Shown: positions 9,199 through 18,542, numbered from the stretch's first letter. The stretch: 37,363 nt of DNA from Candidatus Poseidoniia archaeon (GCA_022449705.1 JAKURS010000001.1:1-37363); one strand, 5' to 3'. The notes: generated by a model from the letters alone, not told the origin. Translations and numbers: made by a program.

Positions 9199-9532
9199 CG
9201 CGATACCCCCGGATTTCGACTGTAGTTTCGCGCCGGCGCGAAAGATGTGCCAGCATCTTCTGCAGAGTCGCGTCGTCAATCGGTGCCGTAAGCTTCCCGT
9301 CGCGCGCCAGTGCCATGACCTGCTGCTCAACCGTCTTTGCCATTTCGGGGCGGGCAACGCGCACTTGTGCTAGCCGTTCCTTCGCCTCGGCGCTCATCAG
9401 CTGCCGCAGGGCCCCCTGCATCTGCGCCTCGATAGTAACCCGCTCCTGCTCCTGCGCCAGTTGTTGTTCAGCCTGCGCCTGCATTTCCTGCAGTCGTCGC
9501 TGCCGCAGCTCATCCAGCTCGCGGTCACTCAT
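9191..9532 (-). CDS. PDCD5/TFAR19-like dsDNA-binding protein
   Basis: 113-aa helical protein ([14 protein letters not shown] ... ILSPEA-like [17 protein letters not shown] ... [16 protein letters not shown]). It sits in the position conserved in euryarchaea between rps19e and rpl39e. Confidence 0.8.
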   Translation of the reverse strand: MSDRELDELRQRRLQEMQAQAEQQLAQEQERVTIEAQMQGALRQLMSAEAKERLAQVRVARPEMAKTVEQQVMALARDGKLTAPIDDATLQKMLAHLSRRRETTVEIRGYRDG

Positions 9533-9981
9533 CAGTAGCGCTCCAGCCGCTCGTAGGCAGCGTCAATCTCGGGGCGCAGAGCGTGCGCGGTGTTGTTGAG
9601 AAGGGCCTGTCCGCGGGGTGCAACGCAGCGCCCCTTCGATGAGCGTTCGACCAGTTCCGCCGTCTCCAGCTGCTGCATCAACAGTCGCAGCACCTTGCGG
9701 CTACCGGGATGCGAGCGGTTGGGCTTGCTGCCGCGGTCGACCGCCCCCGAGTAGAGCCGCGCCAGCCGCTCGGTTCCAAGCGGGCCGCGCAGGTAGAGCT
9801 TGCGCAGGACCGATGCCGCACGGTGATACCACCAGTCCGGTTGCTCGGGCGCCTTCTCGCGGTGGGCCGCGGTCTTGGCGAAGGGTGCCCATTCGGGCGG
9901 TTGCAGTGCCTTCTCGCCTTTCAGCGCCTGCGCCAGCTTGCTGACCAGCTTCTGTCCGGGGATGTCGTTGACGGTTGTCAT
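9532..9981 (-). CDS. rps19e: 30S ribosomal protein S19e
   Basis: S19e blocks are present (PEWAPFAKTAAHREKAPEQPDWWYHRAASVLRKLYL, GGS...RKVLQQLE-like). I chose ATG 9981 (MTTVNDIP) over GTG 10002 because the TATA cttataat (10008-10015) lies 27-34 nt upstream of 9981. Confidence 0.9.
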   Translation of the reverse strand: MTTVNDIPGQKLVSKLAQALKGEKALQPPEWAPFAKTAAHREKAPEQPDWWYHRAASVLRKLYLRGPLGTERLARLYSGAVDRGSKPNRSHPGSRKVLRLLMQQLETAELVERSSKGRCVAPRGQALLNNTAHALRPEIDAAYERLERY

Positions 9982-10007
9982 CGGGAAATGGGCGGCACCC
10001 ACCCTCC

Positions 10008-10015
10008 ATTATAAG
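10008..10015 (-). promoter_or_regulatory. TATA box of the rps19e-rpl39e-rpl31e-eif6 operon
   Basis: Minus-strand cttataat lies 27-34 nt upstream of ATG 9981. Confidence 0.55.
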
Positions 10016-10020
10016 CCTTT

Positions 10021-10731
10021 TCAGACGAGAGCGCAGCTCTCGCACACCTCGTCCGTTACATCACCGCGGGAATCGAAACTGCGTTCGCGGAACTCGACAT
10101 GGCCGTTACGCCCGACCAGCAGCAGCGTTGAGCAACGTGTCCCGAACTTGGGCGTGGCGACAAAGGCAGCTGACCACGGCTCGCCCCCGACGGGGATGGT
10201 ACGGTTGGCCAGGATGGCGAACAGCGCTTCCGGGTCGATGGCGGAGTCCCGCAAGGCGACCCGCAGCGCGTCTCGGCCGGCGACAACCTTGGGCCACTCA
10301 GTCCCAGGAGGTGCGTTGCTCAGGGCGTGGAATCCTGGCGCTAGCTCCGTGACCTCACCGCCGGTACTGCCCCACGCGGCCGCACCAGGAGCACCGGCGA
10401 GCAGGCAGCATCCGCTTACCTCGCGTGCCAGGAGTTCCCGCAGCGCCGCGACGGGAGGGCCCTCGTCCCGCAGGTATTCCAGTACCAGTTCGCCACGCGA
10501 CGGCGCGTCATCACGTACCGGCGATGGGAGATTGGTCAGTACCGCCCAGCGGCCGGAATAGCTGGTTCCGAGCCAGCTGCCGCCCGCCTGCCGGTCGCGC
10601 CCCGCCAGGATTTCGCCACCTTCCCACCAGTAAGCCGGCTGCGCCGGGCGGCTGTGGAACTCGTCGCGGTTGGCCGCCAGCACCAGGCTGTAACGGGGAT
10701 GGCAGTCGTGCGCCAGTAACGCCAGGCACAC
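10021..10731 (-). CDS. NRDE family protein (TANGO2/DUF833-like, Ntn-hydrolase-like Cys2)
   Basis: GTG start giving MCLALLA... The diagnostic LAANRDEF motif is followed by GGSWLG and VLTN blocks. Confidence 0.75.
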   Translation of the reverse strand: MCLALLAHDCHPRYSLVLAANRDEFHSRPAQPAYWWEGGEILAGRDRQAGGSWLGTSYSGRWAVLTNLPSPVRDDAPSRGELVLEYLRDEGPPVAALRELLAREVSGCCLLAGAPGAAAWGSTGGEVTELAPGFHALSNAPPGTEWPKVVAGRDALRVALRDSAIDPEALFAILANRTIPVGGEPWSAAFVATPKFGTRCSTLLLVGRNGHVEFRERSFDSRGDVTDEVCESCALV

Positions 10732-11006
10732 TAGTCGGCGAAGACGTTCCAGCGGTGGAACAGGACGATGACCAGTACGAAGGCGATAATCAGCAGCGTA
10801 ATCAGTCCGAGCCCCATCGCCTGCGATAGGTGCGGGAAGATGAACAGCACGAACAGCCCCACCAGTGCGGTCCAGCCCAGCAGGTAAATCAGGTAGGCGT
10901 GCGGCGCCAGTTCCGGGTCGCGCGTCGCCTTGCCAGTCATGAACTTGCCGAGCGCGCCGATAGTGCGCGATAGCGACTGTTGCAGCCCCGCCGCGTCCAG
11001 CTTCAT
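10731..11006 (-). CDS. Hypothetical small membrane protein (2 TM)
   Basis: 91 aa with two long hydrophobic segments. A TATA-like cgttattagc lies 22-30 nt upstream, and the stop overlaps the NRDE start by 1 nt. Confidence 0.45.
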   Translation of the reverse strand: MKLDAAGLQQSLSRTIGALGKFMTGKATRDPELAPHAYLIYLLGWTALVGLFVLFIFPHLSQAMGLGLITLLIIAFVLVIVLFHRWNVFAD

Positions 11007-11037
11007 GTGCTGCCGATGCAGGGTGCGCTAATAACGC

Positions 11038-12330
11038 TCACTGTCCGCGCAGCGCGGCGGTGAAGCTGCCCTCGACCAGGTTGCGGCGGCGCAGGAAGTT
11101 GTAGTTCACGAGCAGCAGCACCAGCATCCCGCTGGCGAGCACAATCACGTGCGCCACCTGTCCCACAATCTTCGGGTCGCTGATGACCCCCTCATCGGCG
11201 GTCAGGAAGAAGCTGCTCGCGCCGTAGGCGATGGTGAACGCCGTCGCGTAGAAAATGACGTTGTGGCGGTTGATAATGCCCTCCGCCTTCAGCGCCTGCA
11301 CCGAGAGCGAGTAGATGGCAACCAGGATGGTGACGAACATGAAGAGCAGGTCAAACACGAAACTGGGGTCGCGGCTCAGCGAGTAGAGCAGCACTCCCGC
11401 GTGGTAGGCTAGGAAGCCCCAGTAGCCGAGCGCGAACCAGCCCGAGAAGGCAGCCACCCCCGCGTCGGTCGCCGCGTCGCCCTGCATGCGGCGCAGCAGC
11501 AGGAACACCGCCGTCCCGAGCCCGAGCATCAGCGCCACCCAGCTGAACTGGAAGAAGGGGTCGAACTGGGCGCTGAAGCCGTCGCTGTAGCGCGCCAGCA
11601 CGATGAAAATCACGAAGCCGGCGACCATCCAGAGCGCAGGTGAGAGAGCGTTGAGCAGCTGCCCCCGCCGGCTCGCGTTGGCGCCGCCGGCCTCGGAGCG
11701 GGCGAGCGCGAACTCGCGGAAGGGGACCCGCATCCACCACGCCTGCGCGAACTGCCAGACGATGAAAATCGCCACCAGCCCCAGCCCCAGCGTCGAGCGC
11801 AGTCTGTCGCCCCAGTCGGGGTTGTCCAGCCCCCAGAAGATGGCGCCGGCGCAGAGCGTGCCCAGCACCAGCGGCAGCGCCAGGCTTGTAGGGTGTTCGC
11901 TGCGCGACAGCTCGCGCACCGCCTCGAGCCGCGTCAGCGCGCCGGTCAGCAGGTAGCCCAGCGTGCCGCCGTAGCCCAGCGTCAGCAGCAGGTCGGTGCC
12001 GGACGAGAAGCGGCTCAGCAGCAGGAACGTCGCCAGCAGCGCGACCAGCGCCATGAAGTGCAGCTTGGTCTTGCGCGAAAGCAGGATGGCCACCAGCTCG
12101 GTGCGCCCTATACGGTCCGCCGTGGCGGGCGCTCCGCCAGCGTCGTCCGCTTCCGCCACATCATCGTCGAAATCAAAGTTGGCTTCCGGCTCTCCGCCGT
12201 CGCCGTCCTCGTCGGCTACCTCCTCGCCAACATCCTCCTCCGGCTCCTCCTCCACAGTCTCCAACTCTTCGTCATCGCCCGCTAGGATGCGATCGATTTC
12301 GAGCAGCATGTCATCTTCGTCGCCGGCCAT
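11038..12330 (-). CDS. Hypothetical polytopic membrane protein with a strongly acidic N-terminal head
   Basis: 430 aa. The first ~70 residues are dominated by D/E (DEDDMLLEIDRILAGDDEELETVEEEPEEDVGEEVADEDGDGGEPE...), followed by about 9-10 hydrophobic segments. No family was recognised. Confidence 0.55.
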   Translation of the reverse strand: MAGDEDDMLLEIDRILAGDDEELETVEEEPEEDVGEEVADEDGDGGEPEANFDFDDDVAEADDAGGAPATADRIGRTELVAILLSRKTKLHFMALVALLATFLLLSRFSSGTDLLLTLGYGGTLGYLLTGALTRLEAVRELSRSEHPTSLALPLVLGTLCAGAIFWGLDNPDWGDRLRSTLGLGLVAIFIVWQFAQAWWMRVPFREFALARSEAGGANASRRGQLLNALSPALWMVAGFVIFIVLARYSDGFSAQFDPFFQFSWVALMLGLGTAVFLLLRRMQGDAATDAGVAAFSGWFALGYWGFLAYHAGVLLYSLSRDPSFVFDLLFMFVTILVAIYSLSVQALKAEGIINRHNVIFYATAFTIAYGASSFFLTADEGVISDPKIVGQVAHVIVLASGMLVLLLVNYNFLRRRNLVEGSFTAALRGQ

Positions 12331-12356
12331 TCGCGCCGGTACTTGCCGTCGCCGGA

Positions 12357-13067
12357 TTAACCCTTGCGGCGCCCGCCATGGCCAGTCAGTCGCTTGCGCG
12401 CCTCGTCACTGCTTTCGCTGCTGGTACGCTGCGGCCGTCTGCGGCTGTCGCCACGCCGGCCGCGTCTGTCTTGCCTCCAGCGGCAGGTCACGCGCTTCAG
12501 GTCCCACGCAGCCGCCTTCGTGACGCGCCGGCCGCCGCGCAGGTGGAGTGCTTCGATGACTGCGGCGCGCCCGTCGAGCTGCAGTACCATGCCGACCGCG
12601 AGTTCGGTTTCGGGTGGCAGCTCCTGCTTCAGCGAAAGGGTTTCGCTTTCGTGATGCAGCGCAAAGCGCACGCGCACCGTCGCAACCAGTCGCGCCCAGA
12701 TTATCGGCCGCTCGCGGGCTTCCGCCTGCTGGACGCGCTTTGTGCTGGCCGTCCCCCGCCGCGCACCCAACTCGAGCGCCGTCACTTCCAGCGGCCCGCG
12801 GGCGTGGGACAGCAGCTCACCGACCTGCAGCAAGTCGCCCGGCTCGGCCAGCAGCTTTTCGCGCACCGTCTCGCCACCTTCGGAGAGTCGCAGCTCCAGC
12901 TCGAGCGGTGGCGGCACCTGGATTTCGGCGTGGCGCGTCGCACCGCATTCGCTGCACCGTACGGTGCCCTGAAAGCTGAAGCCGCGCTTTTGCGACATCT
13001 GCGCCTTCAACACGTCGTGTAGCGTCGTGTCATCGCAGCTTTCGCATTCCAACTCGAGCTGCTGCAT
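12357..13067 (-). CDS. Archaeal zinc-ribbon protein with an Arg-rich basic tail (COG1326/HVO_0476-like, tentative)
   Basis: N-terminal CESC...x27...CSEC zinc ribbon. The C-terminal ~40 aa is RQDRRGRRGDSRRRPQRT...RKRLTGHGGRRKG. Its ATG shares 1 nt with the purH stop (TGATG). Confidence 0.5.
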   Translation of the reverse strand: MQQLELECESCDDTTLHDVLKAQMSQKRGFSFQGTVRCSECGATRHAEIQVPPPLELELRLSEGGETVREKLLAEPGDLLQVGELLSHARGPLEVTALELGARRGTASTKRVQQAEARERPIIWARLVATVRVRFALHHESETLSLKQELPPETELAVGMVLQLDGRAAVIEALHLRGGRRVTKAAAWDLKRVTCRWRQDRRGRRGDSRRRPQRTSSESSDEARKRLTGHGGRRKG

Positions 13068-14614
13068 CAGTGGCGGAAGTGGCGCATGCCGGTCAGCACC
13101 AGCGCCATCCCGTGCTCATCAGTCGCGTCGATTACTTCGGCGTCGCGAATCGAGCCGCCCGGCTGGATGATTGCAGTAACCCCGGCCGCAGCGGCAAGGT
13201 CGATACCGTCGCGGAACGGGAAGAAGGCGTCGGATGCCATCACGCTGCCGTGCGCTGATTCGCCCGCCTTCTCGATGGCGAGCCGCACCGAGTCGACGCG
13301 TGACATCTGGCCAGCACCGACGCCGGTAGTGCGGCTTCCGCTCGCCAGCACGATGGCGTTGCTGTGGACGTACCTGACGACGCGCCAACCGAAACGCAGC
13401 GCTCCCCACTCAGTATCGGTCGGTTCGCGGTCGCTTGCCACCTTTATATTTGCGTTGTCGAGCGTCGTCGTGTCACTTTCCTGTAGCAGCCAGCCGCCAG
13501 CGATCGATCGCAGCTGTGCCGCGGGGCGGTAATCCTCAAGCGCGCCGGTCGCCAGCAGCCGTAGGTTCGGCTTCGCGGCCAGCACCTCGCGCGCCGCGTT
13601 GCTGAACGCCGGTGCGATGATACACTCCTTGAATGCCTTGGCGATGGCAGTTGCCGTTTCCGTATCGACTTCGCGGTTCAGCCCAATGACTCCTCCGAAG
13701 GTGGAAACGGGGTCGCACATCAGCGCCGCCTCATAGGCTGCCGCCAGCGCTTTGCCGGTCGCAACACCGCAAGGGTTACCATGTTTGACCACAACCGCCG
13801 CCGGCTCCATGAAACTGGCGACAATTGCGAGCGCTGCATCCAGGTCGAGCAGGTTGTTGTAGCTCAAATCCTTGCCCTGTAGTTGCTCGGCCGTCGCGAG
13901 CCCCGGACCGTCGGCAAGCAGGTCGGAGTAGAACGCTGCCTGCTGGTGCGGATTCTCGCCGTAGCGCGGCCGCAAGGCCAGCGTGCCGGCGACATGCAGT
14001 GACTCCGGCAGTGCCCCTTCACCGAACCGCTCGCCGAGCGTGCGCTGGATTACTGTGTCGTAGGCGGCGGTGTGGCGAAACGCCTTCAGCGCCAGCGCCT
14101 GCCTCTCGGCGGCGGGCACCCCGTCGCCCGCCAGTGCTCCGGCTACACGTTCGTAGTCGCCCGAGTCGACCACTATCACCACGCGCGGATGGTTTTTCGC
14201 GGCGGCGCGAATCAGCGTCGGGCCACCAATGTCGATCTGTTCCAGCAGTTCCGGCAGCGGCGCCTCGCGCTGCGCTGCTTCGGTGAACGGATAGAGATTT
14301 ACTGCGACGACGCCGAAGAGCGGTATATCATGTTCCGTCGCCTCGGCGGCATCCTGTTCGCGCGCCAGGATACCGCCAAAGATAAGCGGATGAAGTGTCT
14401 TGACGCGCCCCTCCATTATTTCGGGAAAGCCGGTGATTTCGGAAACTGACGTCACTGTCAGGCCGGCCTCGCGCAGTGTGGTGGCGGTGCCACCGCTGGA
14501 AACTAGCTCCCAGCCCGCTTTTGAGAGTGCTGCGGCGAACTCGACTAGGCCCCCCTTGTCGCTGACGCTCAGCAGCGCGCGGCGGGTCGCCTGGTGGGAT
14601 TTACCGGGGTTCAC
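13067..14614 (-). CDS. purH: Bifunctional AICAR transformylase / IMP cyclohydrolase
   Basis: PurH blocks are present (ALLSVSDKGGLVEFA, GGTA..L...G, GRVKTLHP, VVVNLYPF, GGSIRD). The 682-aa track ORF was trimmed to GTG 14614 (VNPGKSHQATRRALLSVSDK), giving 515 aa. The upstream extension overlaps kptA in another frame and is Arg/Pro/Gly junk. Confidence 0.9.
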   Translation of the reverse strand: MNPGKSHQATRRALLSVSDKGGLVEFAAALSKAGWELVSSGGTATTLREAGLTVTSVSEITGFPEIMEGRVKTLHPLIFGGILAREQDAAEATEHDIPLFGVVAVNLYPFTEAAQREAPLPELLEQIDIGGPTLIRAAAKNHPRVVIVVDSGDYERVAGALAGDGVPAAERQALALKAFRHTAAYDTVIQRTLGERFGEGALPESLHVAGTLALRPRYGENPHQQAAFYSDLLADGPGLATAEQLQGKDLSYNNLLDLDAALAIVASFMEPAAVVVKHGNPCGVATGKALAAAYEAALMCDPVSTFGGVIGLNREVDTETATAIAKAFKECIIAPAFSNAAREVLAAKPNLRLLATGALEDYRPAAQLRSIAGGWLLQESDTTTLDNANIKVASDREPTDTEWGALRFGWRVVRYVHSNAIVLASGSRTTGVGAGQMSRVDSVRLAIEKAGESAHGSVMASDAFFPFRDGIDLAAAAGVTAIIQPGGSIRDAEVIDATDEHGMALVLTGMRHFRH

Positions 14615-14646
14615 GGCCTTTCCTCGCGTCGCAAGTCGTGTCCGGT

Positions 14647-15315
14647 TTAAGCGCTGTCGGGGAGCTTGCGCAGGCAGCTCGCCGGAACTTCGTGGGTGAT
14701 GTAGACTGTCGTGCCCGCCTTCATTATCGGCTGCTCCGCCTCCTCGGCGGCGCGCACATCGACCAGCAGAACCACCGGCTTGCCGATGATGTGGCGCCCC
14801 GCTTCGAGTGCATTGAGTCGCGTGCCCGATAGGTGGACCATCTGCCGGTCCAGCGGGTAGAGTCCCTGCTCGAGATATTCCTCGGAATCTTCCTGCGAGC
14901 AGGCGAAGTAGAGATGCTCCGGAACGCCATCGGTCGGCAGGTCCAGTTCCAGCTCGAGCGAGTGGGCGTAGGTGGCGCGCAGCCGGCCATCGACGAGCTG
15001 GTAGCGGCCCTTGGGATCGGTGTCGACCGCTGCTTTCAGGTGGTCCATGGTCAGGTAGTCGAAGTGGCGTCGCTGGTGCTTCAGCGACTCGATAAATTCG
15101 GACGCACCAATCCATCCCTGCTGGTCCATCTCCAGCTCGAAACGGTCGGGAAAGTGGCGCAGGACGCCCGCCATGATGCGGCCGAACTGGTCAAGGTGGC
15201 GCGGTGACATCACCAGCTCGCCATCCTCGCTGCAATACTGGCACTTCTCGCCGCGGAAATAGCCGTGCTGGTGCTTGACGCACGCCTTCAGCGGCTCATC
15301 GGGTGGACGTCGCAT
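14647..15315 (-). CDS. kptA: RNA 2'-phosphotransferase, Tpt1/KptA family, with an N-terminal C-x2-H...C-x2-C element
   Basis: KptA-like core (MAGVLRHFPDRFELEMDQQGWIGASEFI ... RYQL ... IRATYAHS ... VHLS). A TATA-like cttaatca lies 22-29 nt upstream of ATG 15315. Confidence 0.8.
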   Translation of the reverse strand: MRRPPDEPLKACVKHQHGYFRGEKCQYCSEDGELVMSPRHLDQFGRIMAGVLRHFPDRFELEMDQQGWIGASEFIESLKHQRRHFDYLTMDHLKAAVDTDPKGRYQLVDGRLRATYAHSLELELDLPTDGVPEHLYFACSQEDSEEYLEQGLYPLDRQMVHLSGTRLNALEAGRHIIGKPVVLLVDVRAAEEAEQPIMKAGTTVYITHEVPASCLRKLPDSA

Positions 15316-15392
15316 GGCGGCGCCACGAGGATGGGTGATTAAGCGGTTACGGCTCTATTCGGGCTAGATTGAATAGTGTGCTTTGGTCACAG

Positions 15393-16985
15393 TTACGGTG
15401 ACGCCCCATCATCCAGTCGCGTCTGCCCTTTCTCAAGGGGAGGCTGTGGACTGGCACCAATCTCCTCGCGCGAAGGCAGCTCAACCTCCATGCGCCCTCC
15501 AACAAAGAGCGATTGCATCCGCATCTCACGACTGCGACTGCTCCAGTAGGCAGCCTCATCGCGCGTGTCACTGGTAATCAGCACAAACACCTTGCCGGGC
15601 CGGTCACGGCCGGTCCGCCCCCGCCTTTGTATGAGCCGGATGGCCGATGATACTGGCTCGTAGAAAATCACTGCCTCGGTCGCAGGAATATCGAGCCCCT
15701 CCTCGCCGACTGATGTTGCAACAAGGACGTTGAATTCACCGCTGCGGAACTGTTCCAGCGTCGTTTTCTGGACTTTCTGCGTCATTCCCGGGTCCCCCTC
15801 GCGTGAGCCTTGGCCGACGAACCGCACGGGTCTTGCATCCTCAAGCTTCCCGAGTTGCTCGACCAGTAGGCTAGCGGTGTTGCGGATTTCGGCAAAGACT
15901 ATGATTCGCTCCGCGCCTTCTGCCAGCTCCTGTGCGACTAGCTCTTTCAGCCGCTCCAGCTTGGGATGCTCTCCCTCGCTCCCCTCGGCGTCAATGACTG
16001 CCTGCTTCCATTCTGGCTTCTGCAGCAGCCACTTTGTGGCGCGGCTGCTCGAGCTCTTGCGCATACGAGCCGCGTAGTCCAGAAATTGTGTAGGCCCTTG
16101 CGTCTCAATGGTCAGCCGCGCGTGCGCTACCTTGAGTGCCATTGCCTGCATAGAGAGAAGGTTGTAGAGATTCCACGGTGCCTGTTTGCCAGCCGCGCGC
16201 AACTGTGCCTGCAGTTTACGTCCCGCATCGAGAAGCATCATTGTTGAAACCTTGCGCGGGCGGGTGAGCGCTCCCGCCTGATACAGTCGCCCGCAGAGCC
16301 GGTCCTGCAGCCTCTGCAGGTTCTTGCTAATCCTTGCTGCGGATTCTGGCAGTGACACCCTCACCCAACGCGTCTCTATTGGCTGGATGTAGGGCGCTAC
16401 ATCGGGATCTTCATCATCACGTTTCTCGATGGCCGTAATCCCCAGATTGCGGCATACCTCGACCACATCCGCGCGGGTCGAACCGGGTGATGCAGTCATT
16501 CCCAGCACCAGCGGCTGCCGCGCGGTCTCACCGTAGCGCGCAGCGATGAAGACGTAGGCGTAGTTACCAACGGCGCGGTGCGCCTCGTCGAAGACCATCA
16601 GCGCGAAATCTTCCAAGCTCGCTGTGCCGCGAATCAGGTCCTTCTCGACCACCTGCGGCGTCGCCACCACCACCTGCGCGGACTGCCAGAGCGGCTCGCG
16701 CTTGGCGGGCGCGACCGAGCCGGTGAGCAGCTCGACGCGTACATTCAGGCTGCGGGACAGGAAGCTGGCGTGCTGTTCTGCCAGCGGACGCGTGGGTGCC
16801 ATCATCAGCACGCGCCCCTGCTCGAGCCGCTCCAGCATCACCTGCAGCGCAATCACCGTCTTGCCCAGCCCGGTCGGTAGCACTGCAAGCGTGGACTCGC
16901 GCAGGCAGGCGGCGGCGACGTCGCGCTGGTAGGTGCGTTCCTCCAGCTCCGGCCCCTGCAGCAGCGGGTGGGCCAGTGGCTTCAT
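15393..16985 (-). CDS. Hef/FANCM-type (COG1111) SF2 helicase, helicase module only
   Basis: Motif I LPTGLGKT, motif II DEAH (VFDEAHRAVGNYAY), the inserted helical domain and motif VI QRRGRTGR are present. The protein ends about 60 aa after motif VI with no ERCC4 nuclease or HhH2. Its ATG overlaps the corA stop (ATGA). Confidence 0.8.
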   Translation of the reverse strand: MKPLAHPLLQGPELEERTYQRDVAAACLRESTLAVLPTGLGKTVIALQVMLERLEQGRVLMMAPTRPLAEQHASFLSRSLNVRVELLTGSVAPAKREPLWQSAQVVVATPQVVEKDLIRGTASLEDFALMVFDEAHRAVGNYAYVFIAARYGETARQPLVLGMTASPGSTRADVVEVCRNLGITAIEKRDDEDPDVAPYIQPIETRWVRVSLPESAARISKNLQRLQDRLCGRLYQAGALTRPRKVSTMMLLDAGRKLQAQLRAAGKQAPWNLYNLLSMQAMALKVAHARLTIETQGPTQFLDYAARMRKSSSSRATKWLLQKPEWKQAVIDAEGSEGEHPKLERLKELVAQELAEGAERIIVFAEIRNTASLLVEQLGKLEDARPVRFVGQGSREGDPGMTQKVQKTTLEQFRSGEFNVLVATSVGEEGLDIPATEAVIFYEPVSSAIRLIQRRGRTGRDRPGKVFVLITSDTRDEAAYWSSRSREMRMQSLFVGGRMEVELPSREEIGASPQPPLEKGQTRLDDGASP

Positions 16986-17983
16986 GCCTGGCGCCCGAGC
17001 CAGCCCCGGCGCCAGAAGTAGTAGAGCATACTGCCCGCGAAGGCTCCCATCAGCGCCAGGATGAGCCAGAAGCCATTACCCTGCGCCAGCGGCAGCTGGT
17101 CGGTGTTCATCCCGAAGATGCCGGCAATCAGTGTTAGTGGCAGCATGATGGTGGCGATAATCGTCAGCGTGGTCAGCACCTCGGTCAAGCGGGCGTTCGA
17201 CTCTCCGAGCCGCATCGAGACTTGTGACAGGTAGGCATCACGCGTCGACGAGACTCCCGTGGAGTAGTTCTCAATCCGGTTCACCAGCCCGTGAATCACG
17301 TCTGCCAGGTCGCGGAAGTAAAGGTAATTCGGCTCGGAGATGAACTCCTCGTCGGGCCGCAGCAGTCGCGCCACAGTCCCCTGCAGTGGTGTAATGGACT
17401 TGGACATTTCACGCAGGTCCTGCTTCATCTCGTGCAGCTCCTCCAGCAGTTCGGGATACTTCATCGCCTGATCGAAGACCCGGTCCTCCAAGTCGTCCAG
17501 CCGCTGGCTGTAGCCGTCCATCACGTGCAGCCAGTCGTCCGCCACCGCGTCAAGCAGTTCGTAGAGCAGGAATTCGGGACCGCGCTGCAGTCGCCGCATG
17601 CGCCGGTGCGAGCGGTAGCGCTCGCGGAAGCGGTCCATGGCGGGGAGCGCCGTATGGCGCACCGTCACCAGCAGGCTGTCGGTCAGGAACGCCAGCAAAT
17701 ACTCCGTATCCAGCTCCGAGTCGGCGTCACGGGCGCGCAGCACGACGAAGCGATGGTCCTCGTAATGCTCGGCGCGGTCGACCGGGTCGGCGAAGCAGTC
17801 CTCGACCGCCAGCGGGTGGAATCCCATCGTCTCGAGCAGGAACCCCTTCTCGGCGTCGCCAGGCTGCATGATGTCGAGCCAGCCGCTCTGCACTCCTTCA
17901 AGCTCGGACGCCAGTTCGTCGAGCGGGAGCGTCTGTTCACCAGCCTTGCCGCTGGCAGCCGTCAGAAGCCGAATGGTGGACAC
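16982..17983 (-). CDS. corA: CorA-family Mg2+/Co2+ transporter
   Basis: The C-terminus has two TM segments with IAGIFGMNTDQLP (GMN motif) and ends YYFWRRGWL. GTG start. Confidence 0.85.
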   Translation of the reverse strand: MSTIRLLTAASGKAGEQTLPLDELASELEGVQSGWLDIMQPGDAEKGFLLETMGFHPLAVEDCFADPVDRAEHYEDHRFVVLRARDADSELDTEYLLAFLTDSLLVTVRHTALPAMDRFRERYRSHRRMRRLQRGPEFLLYELLDAVADDWLHVMDGYSQRLDDLEDRVFDQAMKYPELLEELHEMKQDLREMSKSITPLQGTVARLLRPDEEFISEPNYLYFRDLADVIHGLVNRIENYSTGVSSTRDAYLSQVSMRLGESNARLTEVLTTLTIIATIMLPLTLIAGIFGMNTDQLPLAQGNGFWLILALMGAFAGSMLYYFWRRGWLGRQA

Positions 17984-18005
17984 GCTGGCGTGACTTGCTT
18001 CACCG

Positions 18006-18530
18006 TTAAACCGTTATCGCCCCGGCCCGTCCTTTGCCGTCGATGTGGAACAGCGGCTCGTGCAGTGCGCCGCCGCGCTGCAGCGTCGAGCGGAAGAGCG
18101 TCACGCGCTCCACGCTGCCGGAGCCGCAGTCGCGGTGACCGTAACGCAGTACCAGCTTGCGGACATCGCGCGGCGGCCTGAAGCGCGCCAGTGTGACGTG
18201 GCCGACGAACGGCCGATCCTGCGAACCCGTGGCGAAGCGCAGCGCCTGCGCCAGCTCCGCCAGTCCCGCGCCGTGGACGCCGACCCACGCCACGCGCGCC
18301 GCCTTGGGTGAATGGAACGCGCCCAGCCCGCGGTACTCCAGCGCAAGCGGCAGCCGGCCGGCGCAGGCGGGTGCCGCCGCCTCTGCGACCGCCGCGGCGT
18401 CTGGACGCTCGCCCAGGAACGCCAGCGTGACATGGTAACTGCCAGCCGGCTTCGCGCCCAGCTCGCGCTCCAGCGGCCCCGAATCGAAGCCGGGGCACTC
18501 CAGCGCCAGGAAGAGTCGCACGCGGGGCAA
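18006..18530 (-). CDS. thpR: RNA 2',3'-cyclic phosphodiesterase / 2'-5' RNA ligase (2H phosphoesterase)
   Basis: Two H-x-T-x motifs are present (YHVTLAFLG and GHVTLARF) at the spacing and size (174 aa) typical of ThpR/LigT. Confidence 0.8.
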   Translation of the reverse strand: MPRVRLFLALECPGFDSGPLERELGAKPAGSYHVTLAFLGERPDAAAVAEAAAPACAGRLPLALEYRGLGAFHSPKAARVAWVGVHGAGLAELAQALRFATGSQDRPFVGHVTLARFRPPRDVRKLVLRYGHRDCGSGSVERVTLFRSTLQRGGALHEPLFHIDGKGRAGAITV

Positions 18531-18542
18531 TCGCCGTGCGAT

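Noticed and set aside
13067-15115. 682-aa version of the purH ORF with a 167-aa N-terminal extension
   Set aside because: The extension is Arg/Pro/Gly/Ala-rich with no PurH similarity. It overlaps the well-supported kptA gene (14647-15315) in another frame. A GTG at 14614 gives a normal 515-aa PurH starting just before the conserved LLSVSDK block.
17291-18181. Long antisense or overlapping ORFs typical of high-GC DNA. Examples: 17291-18181(+), 17962-18828(-), 19797-20735(+), 29404-30405(-), 33952-34947(-), 35482-36366(-), 1500-2132(-), 5278-6033(+), 6811-7488(+), 25472-26065(-)
   Set aside because: Each lies opposite to or out of frame with a gene that has strong family motifs. Their translations are Arg/Ala/Gly/Pro/His-rich low-complexity strings with no recognisable motifs. 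Stop-codon depletion in GC-rich sequence explains their length.
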